DNA of 63,340 nucleotides, filler included, from Octopus bimaculoides (taxonomy: Eukaryota): assembly GCF_001194135.2 (NCBI RefSeq). It is 8 parts of 6 records of this genome, joined end to end, with 100 filler letters (N's around TTAATTAATTAA, not from the genome) between each part and the next. Parts side by side here need not be neighbours in the genome. Positions count along the whole stretch, not along the records: positions 1 to 5,891 come from NC_068986.1; positions 5,992 to 29,945 come from NC_068981.1; 6 more parts are not named here. One strand, 5' to 3'. Below the pieces are notes generated by a model. That model had not been told where the DNA came from. It saw only the letters and a list, made by a program, of their open reading frames with translations, and did not search any database. Below, piece by piece: positions 1 through 10,923 of the stretch. Every line of letters begins with the position of its first letter. Positions within the stretch are counted from its first letter, which is position 1. Position numbers and translations under genes: made by a program.

Positions 1-214
1 TACTTATTAAATTTTTTTATATGTGGTTGTAGATTTTCATGGATGAATTAAATAATTGTGTTTTTTTTTCTCTAAATTATATATTTATATATTATATATT
101 GTGAAAATTGGAATTAGGAATTTGGAATTTTTCCCTAATATTTTTATCATTATATATATATATATATATAAATTTAAGGAATGGAGTAAACGCATGTTAT
201 AACTGCATACTTTA

Positions 215-298
215 TTCCGACATATGTTTCGAAGAATTACAATTTATGCGATCCATAGGAATCGTCGATGTTAGAAATGTAAACTTCTCCTCAGGGAA
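215..298 (-). ncRNA. Type I hammerhead ribozyme, canonical core
   Basis: Minus strand: TTCC-CTGAGGA-GAAG...CTTC-GAAA-CATATG-TC/GGAA; helix I TTCC:GGAA, helix II GAAG:CTTC, palindromic helix III ACATATGT, GUC cleavage triplet. Confidence 0.8.
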
Positions 299-593
299 AT
301 GTTTGGGAACCATCTTAAACGTAAGATATTATGACATTATAATGCCTCTTTATTACATAACATTCCTCTCCAAAAATTTTTTTTATTAGATCTATATCAT
401 CCTATCTACTCATAAATCTACACTCTGAATTTTCCTTCTCTCTATCTCTCCTTTTTTTTTTCTTGTCCAACCTACTATCTGGTAGCGTCCAAATCTCTAA
501 CGGTTTTTTCAAATAATTTACGTTATAACTTTATCCAACTATAGGTCTCATACTCGGTCATAATGTCTTACCTTTAAGATGGTTCCCATACGT

Positions 594-677
594 TTCCCTG
601 ACGAGAAGTTTACATTTCTAATATCGACGATTCCTATGGATCGCATAAATTGTAATTCTTCGAAACATATGTCGGAA
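594..677 (+). ncRNA. Type I hammerhead ribozyme, canonical core
   Basis: TTCC(594-597) CTGACGA(598-604) GAAG(605-608)...CTTC(658-661) GAAA(662-665) CATATG TC(672-673) GGAA(674-677); predicted cleavage after 673. Confidence 0.85.
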
Positions 678-1180
678 TAAAGTATGCAGTTATAACATGC
701 GTTTACTCCACTCTTTAAATTTATATATACTCAAATACCCAAAATATCAAGGAGTTTCTGCCTCACCAACAGGAGTTACACCACAGTTATTTTGTGATCT
801 TTGCTACCCTGGTTTCTATTAACCCATTTATTCTATCCGAATTATTATTAATTAGGATAAAATAAATACATATAATTAAATATATATATATATATATANN
901 NNNNNNNNNNNNNNNNNNNNNNNNNNNNNNNNNNNNNNNNNNNNNNNNNNNNNNNNNNNNNNNNNNNNNNNNNNNNNNNNNNNNNNNNNNNNNNNNNNNN
1001 NNNNNNNNNNNNNNNNNNNNNNNNNNNNNNNNNNNNAAATAGCAGTCAAAGCTTGACTCTAAACCACAATTCAAGCCATATTCAAAACCATATTCAATTT
1101 ACTTACTTATATATTCAAATAGGCACCCAAACCTTAATTTTGAATCCGCTTTCAATCCTTAACTAATATAATATCATTCT

Positions 1181-1410
1181 AAGGCGGTGAGCTGGCAGAA
1201 TCGTTAGCACGCCGGGCGAAATGCTTCGCAGTATCTCGTCTGCCGCTATCTTCTGAGTTCAAATTCCACTGAGGTCGACTTAGCCTTTCATTCTTTCGGT
1301 GTCGATTAAATAAGTACCACTTACGCACTGGGGTCGATGTAATCGACTTAATCCTTTTGTCTGTACTTGTTTATCCACTCCATGTTTAGCTCCTTTGGGC
1401 AATAAAGAAA
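1181..1410 (+). mobile_element. tRNA-derived SINE, family A (tail variant beta)
   Basis: A-box-like TGGCAGAATCG, B-box-like GAGTTCAAATTCC, body GAGGTCGACTTAGCCTTTCAT..., tail ending GGGCAATAAAGAAA; many copies in window. Confidence 0.85.
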
Positions 1411-1897
1411 CAAATATAGTACCATTCTCAAAACTCAGTCTCAGACGTTCGTAACATTAATTTCAATTGCATAATGATTTTAAAGAAATTATATCTATGC
1501 GGTGTACCATATTTGAGGGATATATATATTTAATGCGTATCGAATACTGATCTAAGAAATATCAAATATCTTTCCACAAAATATTTTAAATAGCAGTAGC
1601 GAAATTTATCATCAGTGTTTGCCAACTTGTACTAAAATGGTCGAACAATTTACGAAATTATACCAGAAAAATAGAGAGGTTGATTGGACAAATGCTCGTC
1701 AAATGGTATTTAATAATTTACAAATGTGTTCTTGAAGAGAATCCTAACATGGGTATAATTGTTATTAACAAAAACGTCACGTTGACAACCAATCCTGGGA
1801 GGGGGGAATCTATCAAAAATTTTAGTGCAAAAGATTCAGCCCGAGCAAAATTCATTAATAATCTATCAATTATCTATCAATAGTGATAAGGATGAAG

Positions 1898-1995
1898 TAG
1901 GCGCGTGGACATAATCATTAGCGCGTCACACAAAATGCTTAGCGGCTTTTATTTCAGCACTTTGTTCTGAGTTCAAATTCCGCTGTGTCAACTAG
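1898..1995 (+). mobile_element. SINE family A, head fragment
   Basis: AAATGCTTAGCGG...GTTCTGAGTTCAAATTCCGC matches family A head. Confidence 0.65.
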
Positions 1996-3232
1996 TTCGA
2001 AGAATGCAACCGGGACATGAAGACAATCTGGAAGTTCGTTACGTAATAAAGTACAAGAAGGCCAGGCAAAGCAAACCGGCCGGGAAGGTCATCATTATCA
2101 TCATCATGTTCCTCCTTTTTTATAGCAATGGTATCATCTTCATCCATTGGATCCTCCCTGGTCTGACGGTCAACAAAGAGTAATTTGTGGAGGTTTTGGA
2201 GGGAGGGAGTTCAAGGGAATATTTCGTGGCAAAAGCCACCGCACTTGCACCAGCAAAATACAGCAGGTCACAATCCCATCCTGTAACCAACTATTTAAAA
2301 AAAAAATAGGCATCAAAATTCCCTCACCCTTTCTCCATTTCAGGCCTTGCACCCTGTGAGTTTTGCTTGTTCCTCAAGGTGAGAGAGAAGACGAAAAGAG
2401 ATGGCTATGACAAGGATTCTGGACACCTTCGTTTTGAAGGAACTCAACGGGCCTTCACGGAGTGGCTGGAATGTTGGCTCAAGTTCATTGACGTCACAGG
2501 ATCCAACTATGAAGCATATCGGACATTTTGCATTAATTTGTCTCAAAACTCCAGGAATTCCCCTTCTATACTTTGTTTTATTCGAGGTGGCTGTTTAATT
2601 CGAACTCTCTGTAACTCACATCTTTCATGAAAATTATATTGTATACGCTATATTTTATATATTGCATATAATATATTTTATATATCAAAGTATATGTTAT
2701 ATATCAAATAAATAAAGAATCCATACAACACAGCTCATTTTATTTTTGTTATTATACAGAAGTTTGAATATACTCTGATTTAGAATTCCTTATCAAACAA
2801 ATATGCATTTAGAATAGAGTTGAGAGCGTTCAGAATATTCCTGCTGGAAATATAGATTCCACAGCAATAACAGTATACTTTATTAGAACAACATTTGCCA
2901 AACAATTCTATAGAAATATACACCATTAAGTGCAAGAGTGATATTTTATAAACAAACAATAATTTCTGTGATATATTGAAACTAGTAGGTAGTGTATTCT
3001 GGAGAAGTATTACATTATGTAACATACTAAGAATTTTTTTCCCAAACTAATCCAAAGTTGCTTAGAATTGTGAAATTATGAAACTACGGAAGCCATATAT
3101 ATACACAGTTTATATAGTAAATTAGGCATGTAACAAAATAACACATATTTAAATACTATTCATGTGCCTTATACATACATACATACGTAAATATATGTAT
3201 ATATACATATATACACAAACATATGTATATAT

Positions 3233-3267
<35 letters not shown>

Positions 3268-3466
3268 NNNNNNNNNNNNNNNNNNNNNNNNNNNNNNNNN
3301 NNNNNNNNNNNNNNNNNNNNNNNNNNNNNNNNNNNNNNNNNNNNNNNNNNNNNNNNNNNNNNNNNNNNNNNNNNNNNNNNNNNNNNNNNNNNNNNNNNNN
3401 NNNNNNNNNNNNNNNNNNNNNNNNNNNNNNNNNNNNNNNNNNNNNNNNNNNNNNNNNNNNNNNNNN

Positions 3467-3528
3467 ATTGTGCTGATGAACGAAATCTAGATTCATTCTA
3501 GTAATCGCGAAATCGGTCGATACGCAAT
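3467..3528 (+). ncRNA. Type I hammerhead ribozyme, tandem copy 1
   Basis: ATTGTG CTGATGA(3473-3479) [A]CGA..CTAGA-ttcat-TCTAG..TCG[C] GAAA(3509-3512) TCG-GT-CGA TA/CGCAAT; helix I ATTGTG:CGCAAT, helix III ATCG:CGAT; first helix II pair is A.C instead of G-C. Confidence 0.7.
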
Positions 3529-3987
3529 TAAGTCTATTTTAAAAGTAAGTTGGTCATCTTCTGTTGGTTGTTTTTTCCTCGCATTAGGTACTAAATGTGG
3601 TTATTTTGAGAAGTCCACTGTGTGGCGTTATTATTTTTCTATAATAATGCCCTTTATATAAATATAAACGAATAATTATATTCTTGGGAATAGAAATTTC
3701 CCTAATGAATTTTTTTACACGCTGGCTTCTTGATAAAATTCTTATAAAAGAGTTTTATCCTTTTTTGAATTTATTTATCAAATATATACACGGAATGCAT
3801 TCAATGTTGAATTTTTTAAATCCTGTCTCCACATGGGTACCCCCAAAAAAACAACCCGGAAGTATTTCCCGCTTCTTTGATGAAGATATATACAGATAAA
3901 CTTCATTCCCTTTACTCTGTCGGATACGTAGTTGTTCGGTTTGGTGAGGTGATAATTCTGTTTATTCATATATATTTTTGGGACAAT

Positions 3988-4049
3988 ATTGTGCTGATGA
4001 ACGAAATCTAGATTCATTCTAGTAATCGCGAAATCGGTCGATACGCAAT
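3988..4049 (+). ncRNA. Type I hammerhead ribozyme, tandem copy 2
   Basis: Same sequence as 3467-3528; core CTGATGA at 3994-4000; predicted cleavage after 4043. Confidence 0.7.
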
Positions 4050-4203
4050 TAAGTCTATTTTAAAAGTAAGTTGGTCATCTTCTGTTAGTTGTTTTTTCCT
4101 CGCATAGGTACTAAATGTGGTTTATTTTGAGAAGTCCACTGTATGGCGTTATTATTTTTCTATAATAATATCCTTTATATAAATATATATATATATATAT
4201 ATA

Positions 4204-5280
4204 CAGAGGTTGGACAAAATAATGGAAACACCTTAATATTTTCACACAAATTTATTTTAATACGGTGTGAGACCGCCTTTGGCAGTAATTACAGCTTGAA
4301 TTCTACGAGGTATAGACTAGTACAAAGTTTGAATTATTTCCAAAGGAATTTTTGTTTATCCTTCAGTTACAACAGTCGCCAGTTCTTGTAGTGATGATGG
4401 TGGAGGATATCGACTCCTTGCTTGTTTTTCTAAAATGTATCGTAAATGTTCAATAATATTGAGATCTGAGGACTCTAGTAGCCACATAAGATGTTCAACT
4501 TCACTAGAATGTTCCTCATGCCATTCAGTAACAACTTTAGCTGTGTGAATTGGTGCATTATCATTCTGAATGATGGTGTTTCCCTCTGGAAACAGTTCTG
4601 CAGCTATAGGATGAATTTGATCTGATAAAATGCTTAAATAGTCTTGACTATTAATTCTGCCACGAAGGGAAACCATTGGGCCGGCGGATTTCCAAGATAT
4701 TGCCCCCCACCACAGGATCATCACAGATCCTCCTCCATGTTTAACAGCTGGAAGAAGGCAGTCTGAGTTAAATGCTTCTTTTGGCTGTCTCCACATGTAT
4801 ACTCGGCCGGTAGTCCGAAAGAAGGTAAAGGTTGACTCCTCTGAGAAAATAACATTCTTCCACTGCTCTAGGGACCAATTCTGTAGGTTTTTACTCCACT
4901 CTAAACACTTTGCAACGTTTGTTTTTGAAAGAAGTGGTTTTCTGATTGCAGCCCTCTCGTGAAATTCGGCTATATGTAGCTGCCGGCGAACAATTTTGTG
5001 GAAACTGGGTTCTTGAGGTGGTCATTAAGCTCTGCAGTAATTTTGTGATCCTTTCTAACAATTTGCGTAAGAGTCCGATGTTCCCTATCTGAAAGTTTTG
5101 GTTTTCTTCTGGAGTTTTGTTTCGACGAGGAGGTTTTTCTCTCTTTCTCAGAACATATTAAGCAACACTAATAATAAATCAAAAGAACATAAAAATGAAC
5201 AAGCATTTCACGGTTTTATAGATATTTCAAAATTATAATGCTATGATGCTAGGTATTTCCATTATTTTGTCCAACTCCGG
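4204..5280 (-). mobile_element. Tc1-like DNA transposon, internally deleted
   Basis: TIRs CAGAGGTTGGACAAAATAATGGAAACACCT (from 4204) and AGGTATTTCCATTATTTTGTCCAACTCCGG (to 5280), TA on both sides; 1077 bp is shorter than a full Tc1. Confidence 0.92.
4356..4880 (-). pseudogene. Tc1 DD34E transposase catalytic domain, degenerate
   Basis: WKNVIFSEES...VKHGGGSVM..WGAISW...QNDNAPIHTAKVV...SSDLNIIEHL; first catalytic Asp reads Glu and the WPxxSPDLNPIE motif is eroded. Confidence 0.88.
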
Positions 5281-5935
5281 TATATATACATATTCTTTTA
5301 TTCTTTTATATGTTTCAGCCTTGAGGCTGTGACCATGTTGGGGCACCGACATTGTAATCACCTATTAAATGTCAAATTTTATGGGTTTGACTGCTGGTAA
5401 AAGAGGGAGTTCAATATGACTGATATCTTTTGAGTTTCCTGCCTTGATATTGGTTCATCTGGGATCTTGGATAGTAAGGGGTCAAGTTGTTTCTTATGCA
5501 TACATAAACACATGCACTTACACACATATATATATATATACATAAATATATATATATATAAATAAGGATAAGATCGATATTTAAAATATTGATCTTATCA
5601 AGTGGTCAGCATGGGAATAAAAACCATCAAAGGTAATAATTATTTAAAATTATAATACAGGGTATCTAAGAGATACCATCACGCTGAAAAATAGCAGTCA
5701 AATCCTGACTCTAAAACCACAATAAATGTCCACCCTTATTTATATAAATTAGTTTTGTCAGTGTATTTACTGCGCTGATATTCTGTCCGGATCGCACGAG
5801 AAGTTTTTAGGCGGGCTATTTAAGCTAGTCGTGTGCATACGTGCATATATATGTATGTATACGCCCGTATATGTAAGTATACTGTTTATGTNNNNNNNNN
5901 NNNNNNNNNNNNNNNNNNNNNNNNNNNNNNNNNNN

Positions 5936-5947
5936 TTAATTAATTAA
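5936..5947. other. Artificial scaffold-join spacer TTAATTAATTAA
   Basis: Centred in exactly 44 N + 12 + 44 N; self-complementary with stops in all six frames. Confidence 0.95.
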
Positions 5948-5991
5948 NNNNNNNNNNNNNNNNNNNNNNNNNNNNNNNNNNNNNNNNNNNN

Positions 5992-6082
5992 GATAATTGG
6001 TGCCACCTTGTTTATGGCTAATGTTTCCAGAATCCACGTGTGGGGAACACTGTCGAAAGCCTTTTGGTAGTCCACCCAGGCC
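5992..6082 (-). mobile_element. R4/Dong-like non-LTR retrotransposon, RT fragment, 5'-truncated at a TAA tract
   Basis: Minus strand reads AWVDYQKAFDSVPHTWILETLAINKVAPII (RT motif WxDYxKAFDSVPH) and runs into the gap. Confidence 0.8.

Positions 6083-6084
<2 letters not shown>

Positions 6085-6157
<73 letters not shown>
6085..6157. repeat. (TTA)n microsatellite between two R4/Dong-like fragments
   Basis: Pure TTA run. Confidence 0.98.
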
Positions 6158-6159
<2 letters not shown>

Positions 6160-6634
6160 TGTTTTGCACAGCTTCTAACGCTGAAGATGTACTACGATGT
6201 CACCCTGTTCACTACCAGTGAACTAAGGTAGGACCCCTTATTTTTTGAGCACCATCCGGAGTATTCGAGCGGTTCCAAGCAGTGCTGTTTTCTGCAAGTG
6301 TTCCACCATTATTGCAGCCCCTATTTGTTCCATGTACTTCTCAAGATTTTTACTCACTGTTCCCAGGGCTCTGACAATTATTGGTACTACTGCTACCTTT
6401 TTCATCGACCACAACCGCTTAACTTCCCAAGCTAACATGTTATATCTATCAAATTTTCTTTCTTCCTTATCACATGCCTTGTTGTCAGCTGGGCATGCTA
6501 TATCTATGATCCAGTATCGTTTGCTTTCTTTCTCAATTAAGACTATGTCTGGTTTCTTATTGTCTATCACTGAATCATAAAATCTCATAGGATCTTTTGC
6601 ATTATCATTTTCAATGATGCCATACTTGTTGCAA

Positions 6635-6636
<2 letters not shown>
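6158..6636 (-). mobile_element. R4/Dong-like LINE 3' end: restriction-like endonuclease domain plus 3' UTR
   Basis: KKPDIVLIEKESKRYWIIDIACPAD...EERKFDRY...VVPIIVRALGTVSKNLEKY...LQKTALLGTARILRMVL; PD-(D/E)xK-type domain; TAA tracts on both sides. Confidence 0.88.

Positions 6637-6690
<54 letters not shown>
6636..6690. repeat. (TTA)n microsatellite
   Basis: Pure TTA run at the 5' truncation point of the element. Confidence 0.98.
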
Positions 6691-6694
6691 GGCA

Positions 6695-6900
6695 TGCTAG
6701 CAGAATAGTTATTAATGGAGTAAAATGCCTTCCGGTGTCTCTTTCAATTCTGTACGTTCAGAATGCAGATCCCACCAAGGTCAACTTTGTTTTTCAGTTC
6801 TTTCGAGTTGATAAAATTAAGTAATAGAAAGGTGCTGATGTCTACGACATCTACAAAAGCCTTTTCTCAAAATTTTTGATTTTTGTGCCTAATTTAATAA
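6695..6900 (+). mobile_element. SINE family A, old degenerate copy
   Basis: GCTAGCAGAATAGTTA...CCAAGGTCAACTTTG...GAGTTGATAAAATTAAGTAA aligns to family A. Confidence 0.55.
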
Positions 6901-7779
6901 CAATAATTGTAACTTATCGTTATTTTCAATTAAATGGTCCAGTGTAGAAACTCGGAATTTTTTTCCTACATCAAACGTAAAAGCCCATTAACTTAATGGT
7001 GAATACATTATTCTTTTTCAATTTGCTGTTATTTAAATTCATTTTTTAGCGCTTCTATTACTCTGTTGCAAGTGCTATTTTTAATGAGAAGGGTTTTTTT
7101 TTGTAAAGTCTATATATATAGTTTCTCTGACGCTTTTTTTTTGTGTTTTTTTTGTTTTTTTTTTGTCGAGAGTCTCTACCGATTGTGGAAAATGTATCCC
7201 ACAGAAATATACGATTTCCATTCCTGACTTAGATATTCTTTTCATTAAGATTCGATGTTACACAATTCTGACATTTATAAGATTTTCCGCAAATAAAGAA
7301 TATAGAGATGGATGTTTACTGATCCCTATGTATATTTAGCATTAGAAAAGCATCGGTGAAGTATCATGTCTCTTTTGCAGATTTCCTAAATTTTCTGTCA
7401 ATAATTTGTAATACAGTAGAGACATGACACTCTTTGGTTAGACCTCTACTTCGTACCTGAAACTGGATGTGGGTCTTATATAAAGGGCTGGGCGTTCTTT
7501 GTAACTGAACAATACGTATTACAAATACCTACCGCAAAACTTATTAAAAACAAAACAAAGTAGTACATATAGAGCTTAAAGAAAACCCAGTGACTAAGCC
7601 CGGTGCTGACTTCATCACAGTATACCTTTACTATTTTTACTATCTACTACCATTACTATTTTCACTATCTACAACATGTAACAAAGATTGTATATGCGTC
7701 AGTAGTCTAGCAGGTATGATTTTTATGGCTATTAGTTTAATAATAAGAGTTCAGAGTTAGGATTCAATATAGTGCTATG

Positions 7780-8060
7780 TTCACCGATAATATATTTAGT
7801 GGGGAACGCGTTTAAAATGTGGTGTGAATATTAAAGGTCGTCTGTCTCTAAACATGAAGTTAATAGTCCAAGAAAGTATTGTTTATTGCTGGGAGTGGTG
7901 GCATTTTCTGAGTATGTGGCAATTTCAACTCGATTTTAATTTTCATCTTAAAGTTGTATTTATAATAGTGCTAAAAGTGCTGAAAATAGTCAAGATACTA
8001 GAATGTCGACGATGTAGTTGTTCTAAAGGAAATATATTGATGTGCCATATCGGTGTGTTA
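7780..8060 (-). mobile_element. Possible highly decayed Penelope-like RT remnant
   Basis: Minus strand YIVDILV...KQYFLGLL loosely matches RYVDDI...LPFLDLL, with many stops. Confidence 0.3.
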
Positions 8061-8612
8061 TGAGGAACAAAAAAAATTCCTTGAGAAACGGAAAACAGCT
8101 AAAGTTTATGAAAGGGAGTTGTATCAAAACAAAAAAGAAAACAACCAGGAGTAACAGTAGTGAAATAGTTATGAGATAAAAACAGTGAGATTCGATCGGA
8201 GATTTGACTGCGCGTGGAGGTGAAGCAGGATAATCGGTAAGACGAATTAGGGTGAAGGCTACTATTTTTCATGCTAAAAACCTCTGCGTATTTTATTCAT
8301 GACGTTATTCTATCAGTATTGCAATGACGTAAATTGAATATAGCTATAACTGTGAATTAACTTCATATAAATTAACTATAACTATGTATTAACTTCATAT
8401 AAATTAGCTGTATAATTAACTTAACGATTTGTCTAAGCTTCCCATACACAGACACATGAACAGTCTATTTTCAACGTCTTTTCTCTTCCTAAATCAAATT
8501 ATATGAATGATGTAACTCTGTAAATGTTAAAGCTAATCTTTTCTAGATCAAAGAATCCATTTTCTGAATATTAAAGCGTATGATAAAGATCTTTTCTAAA
8601 CAAGACACGGGT

Positions 8613-8645
8613 TTATTTTGACATACATACATACATACATATACA

Positions 8646-8677
<32 letters not shown>

Positions 8678-8732
8678 CATACATACATACATACATACAT
8701 ACATACATACATACATACATACATACATACAT
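8613..8732. repeat. (TACA)n microsatellite
   Basis: Long tetranucleotide run; representative of dozens of TA, CA, TACA, AGAT, GA and GAA microsatellites in the window. Confidence 0.97.
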
Positions 8733-9056
8733 AAATACGTGCGTACGTATGTACGTACACCCTAAGATAAAATATCCAATTAATATAAAATCAATTTTTA
8801 AAACTGTAAAAATAACTTAATTAAAATCTTTAAAATAGATAAATGAATAATAGATTATTCCAATATACTTGACTTCTTCTGGCATATCATTTAGTGAGCA
8901 CAACTATCAGAACTACGAATGCAACTGACTGACTTAAAACTATTTTCAGTTGTTTTAGTGAATACTATTAAACAGGAAGTAAGCTCTGATAGATACAAGC
9001 CTGTAACCGGATTTCAGTTCACAGTGGAACATTCTTTCATTTTATTTACACTGCAG

Positions 9057-9152
9057 ATAATTTACGAAATGGAAAAACATGAAAATATAGCATACTTCCC
9101 TTCTTCCTGGAGGCTAAACGTATCAGCTTTTGCTACGTTTGCATGCAGCGGG
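9057..9152 (+). CDS. Candidate isolated 96-nt phase-0 exon (IIYEMEKHENIAYFPSSWRLNVSAFATFACSG), gene unknown
   Basis: Acceptor TTTTATTTACACTGCAG, donor GGG/GTAAGA, only one open frame; no partner exons or family recognised. Confidence 0.25.
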
Positions 9153-10800
9153 GTAAGACATGAATATCAACGTTTCGACCCTTCTCTGGAAAGAAAAAGA
9201 AAAAAAAATCTCTTCGTAAGAATTCATCCAGGTTTGAGAACATTACTAAAGGATTTTTATGAATTTGCATGTATTAGTATACCCAAGGACGGAGACCTCA
9301 ATACTTCAGGTGTAGCGTAAGTCCCGAAATTATGTTTTTATTAATTAAGCTTCTAGGGGATAAGCATGCAAAGCCACTGATGAAGTTTTGACTCTAGGCT
9401 CAAGTCAGCTTTAGTTTATTTACTAAATTCAGGCCCTTCGCTATTTAACCACTTTTAAGTCAATGATAGAGTCTTAAAGTGAACGTTCAATCTATAGGAA
9501 ACAGTAGCCAAATCTCTCTCAAATTGCACCCGACCAGTATGGGAAGGAAGAGTCGAATACGTCTAGAGATAGCCAATGGGGAAAAGATGTTCCTTTGATT
9601 GTAGGGTACCAGGATAGTATTAGGGAAAGGTGTTCGTTTTGATTTTAGGAGACCTAAAAGAAAAGAAAAAATCTTTGATTTTAGGCCTCCTTTGTCACAT
9701 CTCAAGTAAGATTAAACAACAAATACTTTGCACCAAGTAAAAAAAAAAAGAAAACCTCTACAATCAACCAGAGGTTTTGTCAAAAGGAAAATATTTTCTG
9801 CAAAATCTTTCTTTGAAGTATTACTCTAAAATAACGATAATACTAACAGTGAGGAACAAAGGAGTCTCTACACCGTCCCTTAGCGTACGAGAAAGAGTAG
9901 CCAAAGTTCCCTCACATTACACATCGTATTTTAAAAAAATACATTGGACGTGGTCTTTCTGATATACGAAAACAAACCGGAATGTTCGATCAGAGCTGAT
10001 CTAGATGAAGAAAAAAAGAGTGGAACTTTGTTACAAATAGATGTTGCTACTTTCATCAGATATTGGAAATGAACGAAAACTACAACATATACGAGACAAT
10101 TAAACGTGTGATTCAATTCATCGTTTTACGCTAGGGTTTCTAATTTCTCTTTGCTGTAAACTGACTGGCAGTACATCGATCCGCTCCGAGTGCTATGCTT
10201 CAAGCAAGAAATCTTCATTTAATCCGATAAACTATTGTATTACTTCCTTATCCCATCATACAAAGTCTTAGTAAATCGCCAATGAATACACATCAGTTGG
10301 CCCTTTCGTCTGATTGTCGTATTATTGATTAGATATTTCTGGAAGATTTTCTAATCTGATACTAGATGGAATATCTAAGATTTATAGTTGCTGTTTCTTT
10401 TTTCTCAAGAATTAACTGAATATTTTGATTCAAGACATCACGCTGTTGATAGAAGAATAGTTTACAAAACTCTTCTAGCAGCTAAAATTGACTACATTCA
10501 TCTCCTCAAAGAAACATGTATAAACATGCATACGTAAGTAACAACACAACTACATATATAAACACAAAATCATACATATACATAGACGTCTATATGATTA
10601 CACACACCTATATACGTGTGTGTATTTGAGTATCTATGAGTGTATTGATTGATCATTTCTTCATAGAAAAATGGAAACAAGTAAATTCATTTATATATAT
10701 GAGCGTTGCAAAGAGATACACGTAGAAAACACTTGTAAATGTATTTATCGTTTGGTTGTTCAGTCATTCTATGTATGCATGTATAGCTTAATAGACAGAC

Positions 10801-10884
<84 letters not shown>

Positions 10885-10923
10885 GCGTGTGTGTATATGT
10901 ATATATATGTATATACATAGTAA

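Larger units (their letters stand above)
165..729. mobile_element. Fold-back element: ~170-bp inverted arms (~165-335 and ~558-729) around a ~220-bp spacer; probable inverted pair of Penelope-like terminal repeats
   Basis: Left arm GGAGTAAACGCATGTTATAACTGCATACTTTATTCCGACATATGTTTCGAAG... is the reverse complement of right arm ...CTTCGAAACATATGTCGGAATAAAGTATGCAGTTATAACATGCGTTTACTCC with a handful of substitutions; each arm holds a hammerhead fold; flanked by (TA)n. Confidence 0.8.
3467..4185 (+). mobile_element. Non-autonomous Penelope-like element: two ~200-bp direct repeats (3467-~3665, 3988-~4185; period 521) enclosing a short internal segment
   Basis: Near-identical direct repeats, each starting with a hammerhead; internal frame 3684-3899 (FFTRWLLDKILIKEFY...STWVPPKK) loosely resembles the N-terminal region of Penelope ORFs. 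Confidence 0.65.

Noticed and set aside
165-729. Interpretation as a Tc1/mariner MITE with long TIRs
   Set aside because: The ends dissolve into (TA)n without a recognisable transposon terminus, and each arm holds a complete hammerhead, which fits a Penelope-type inverted repeat better. Not fully excluded.
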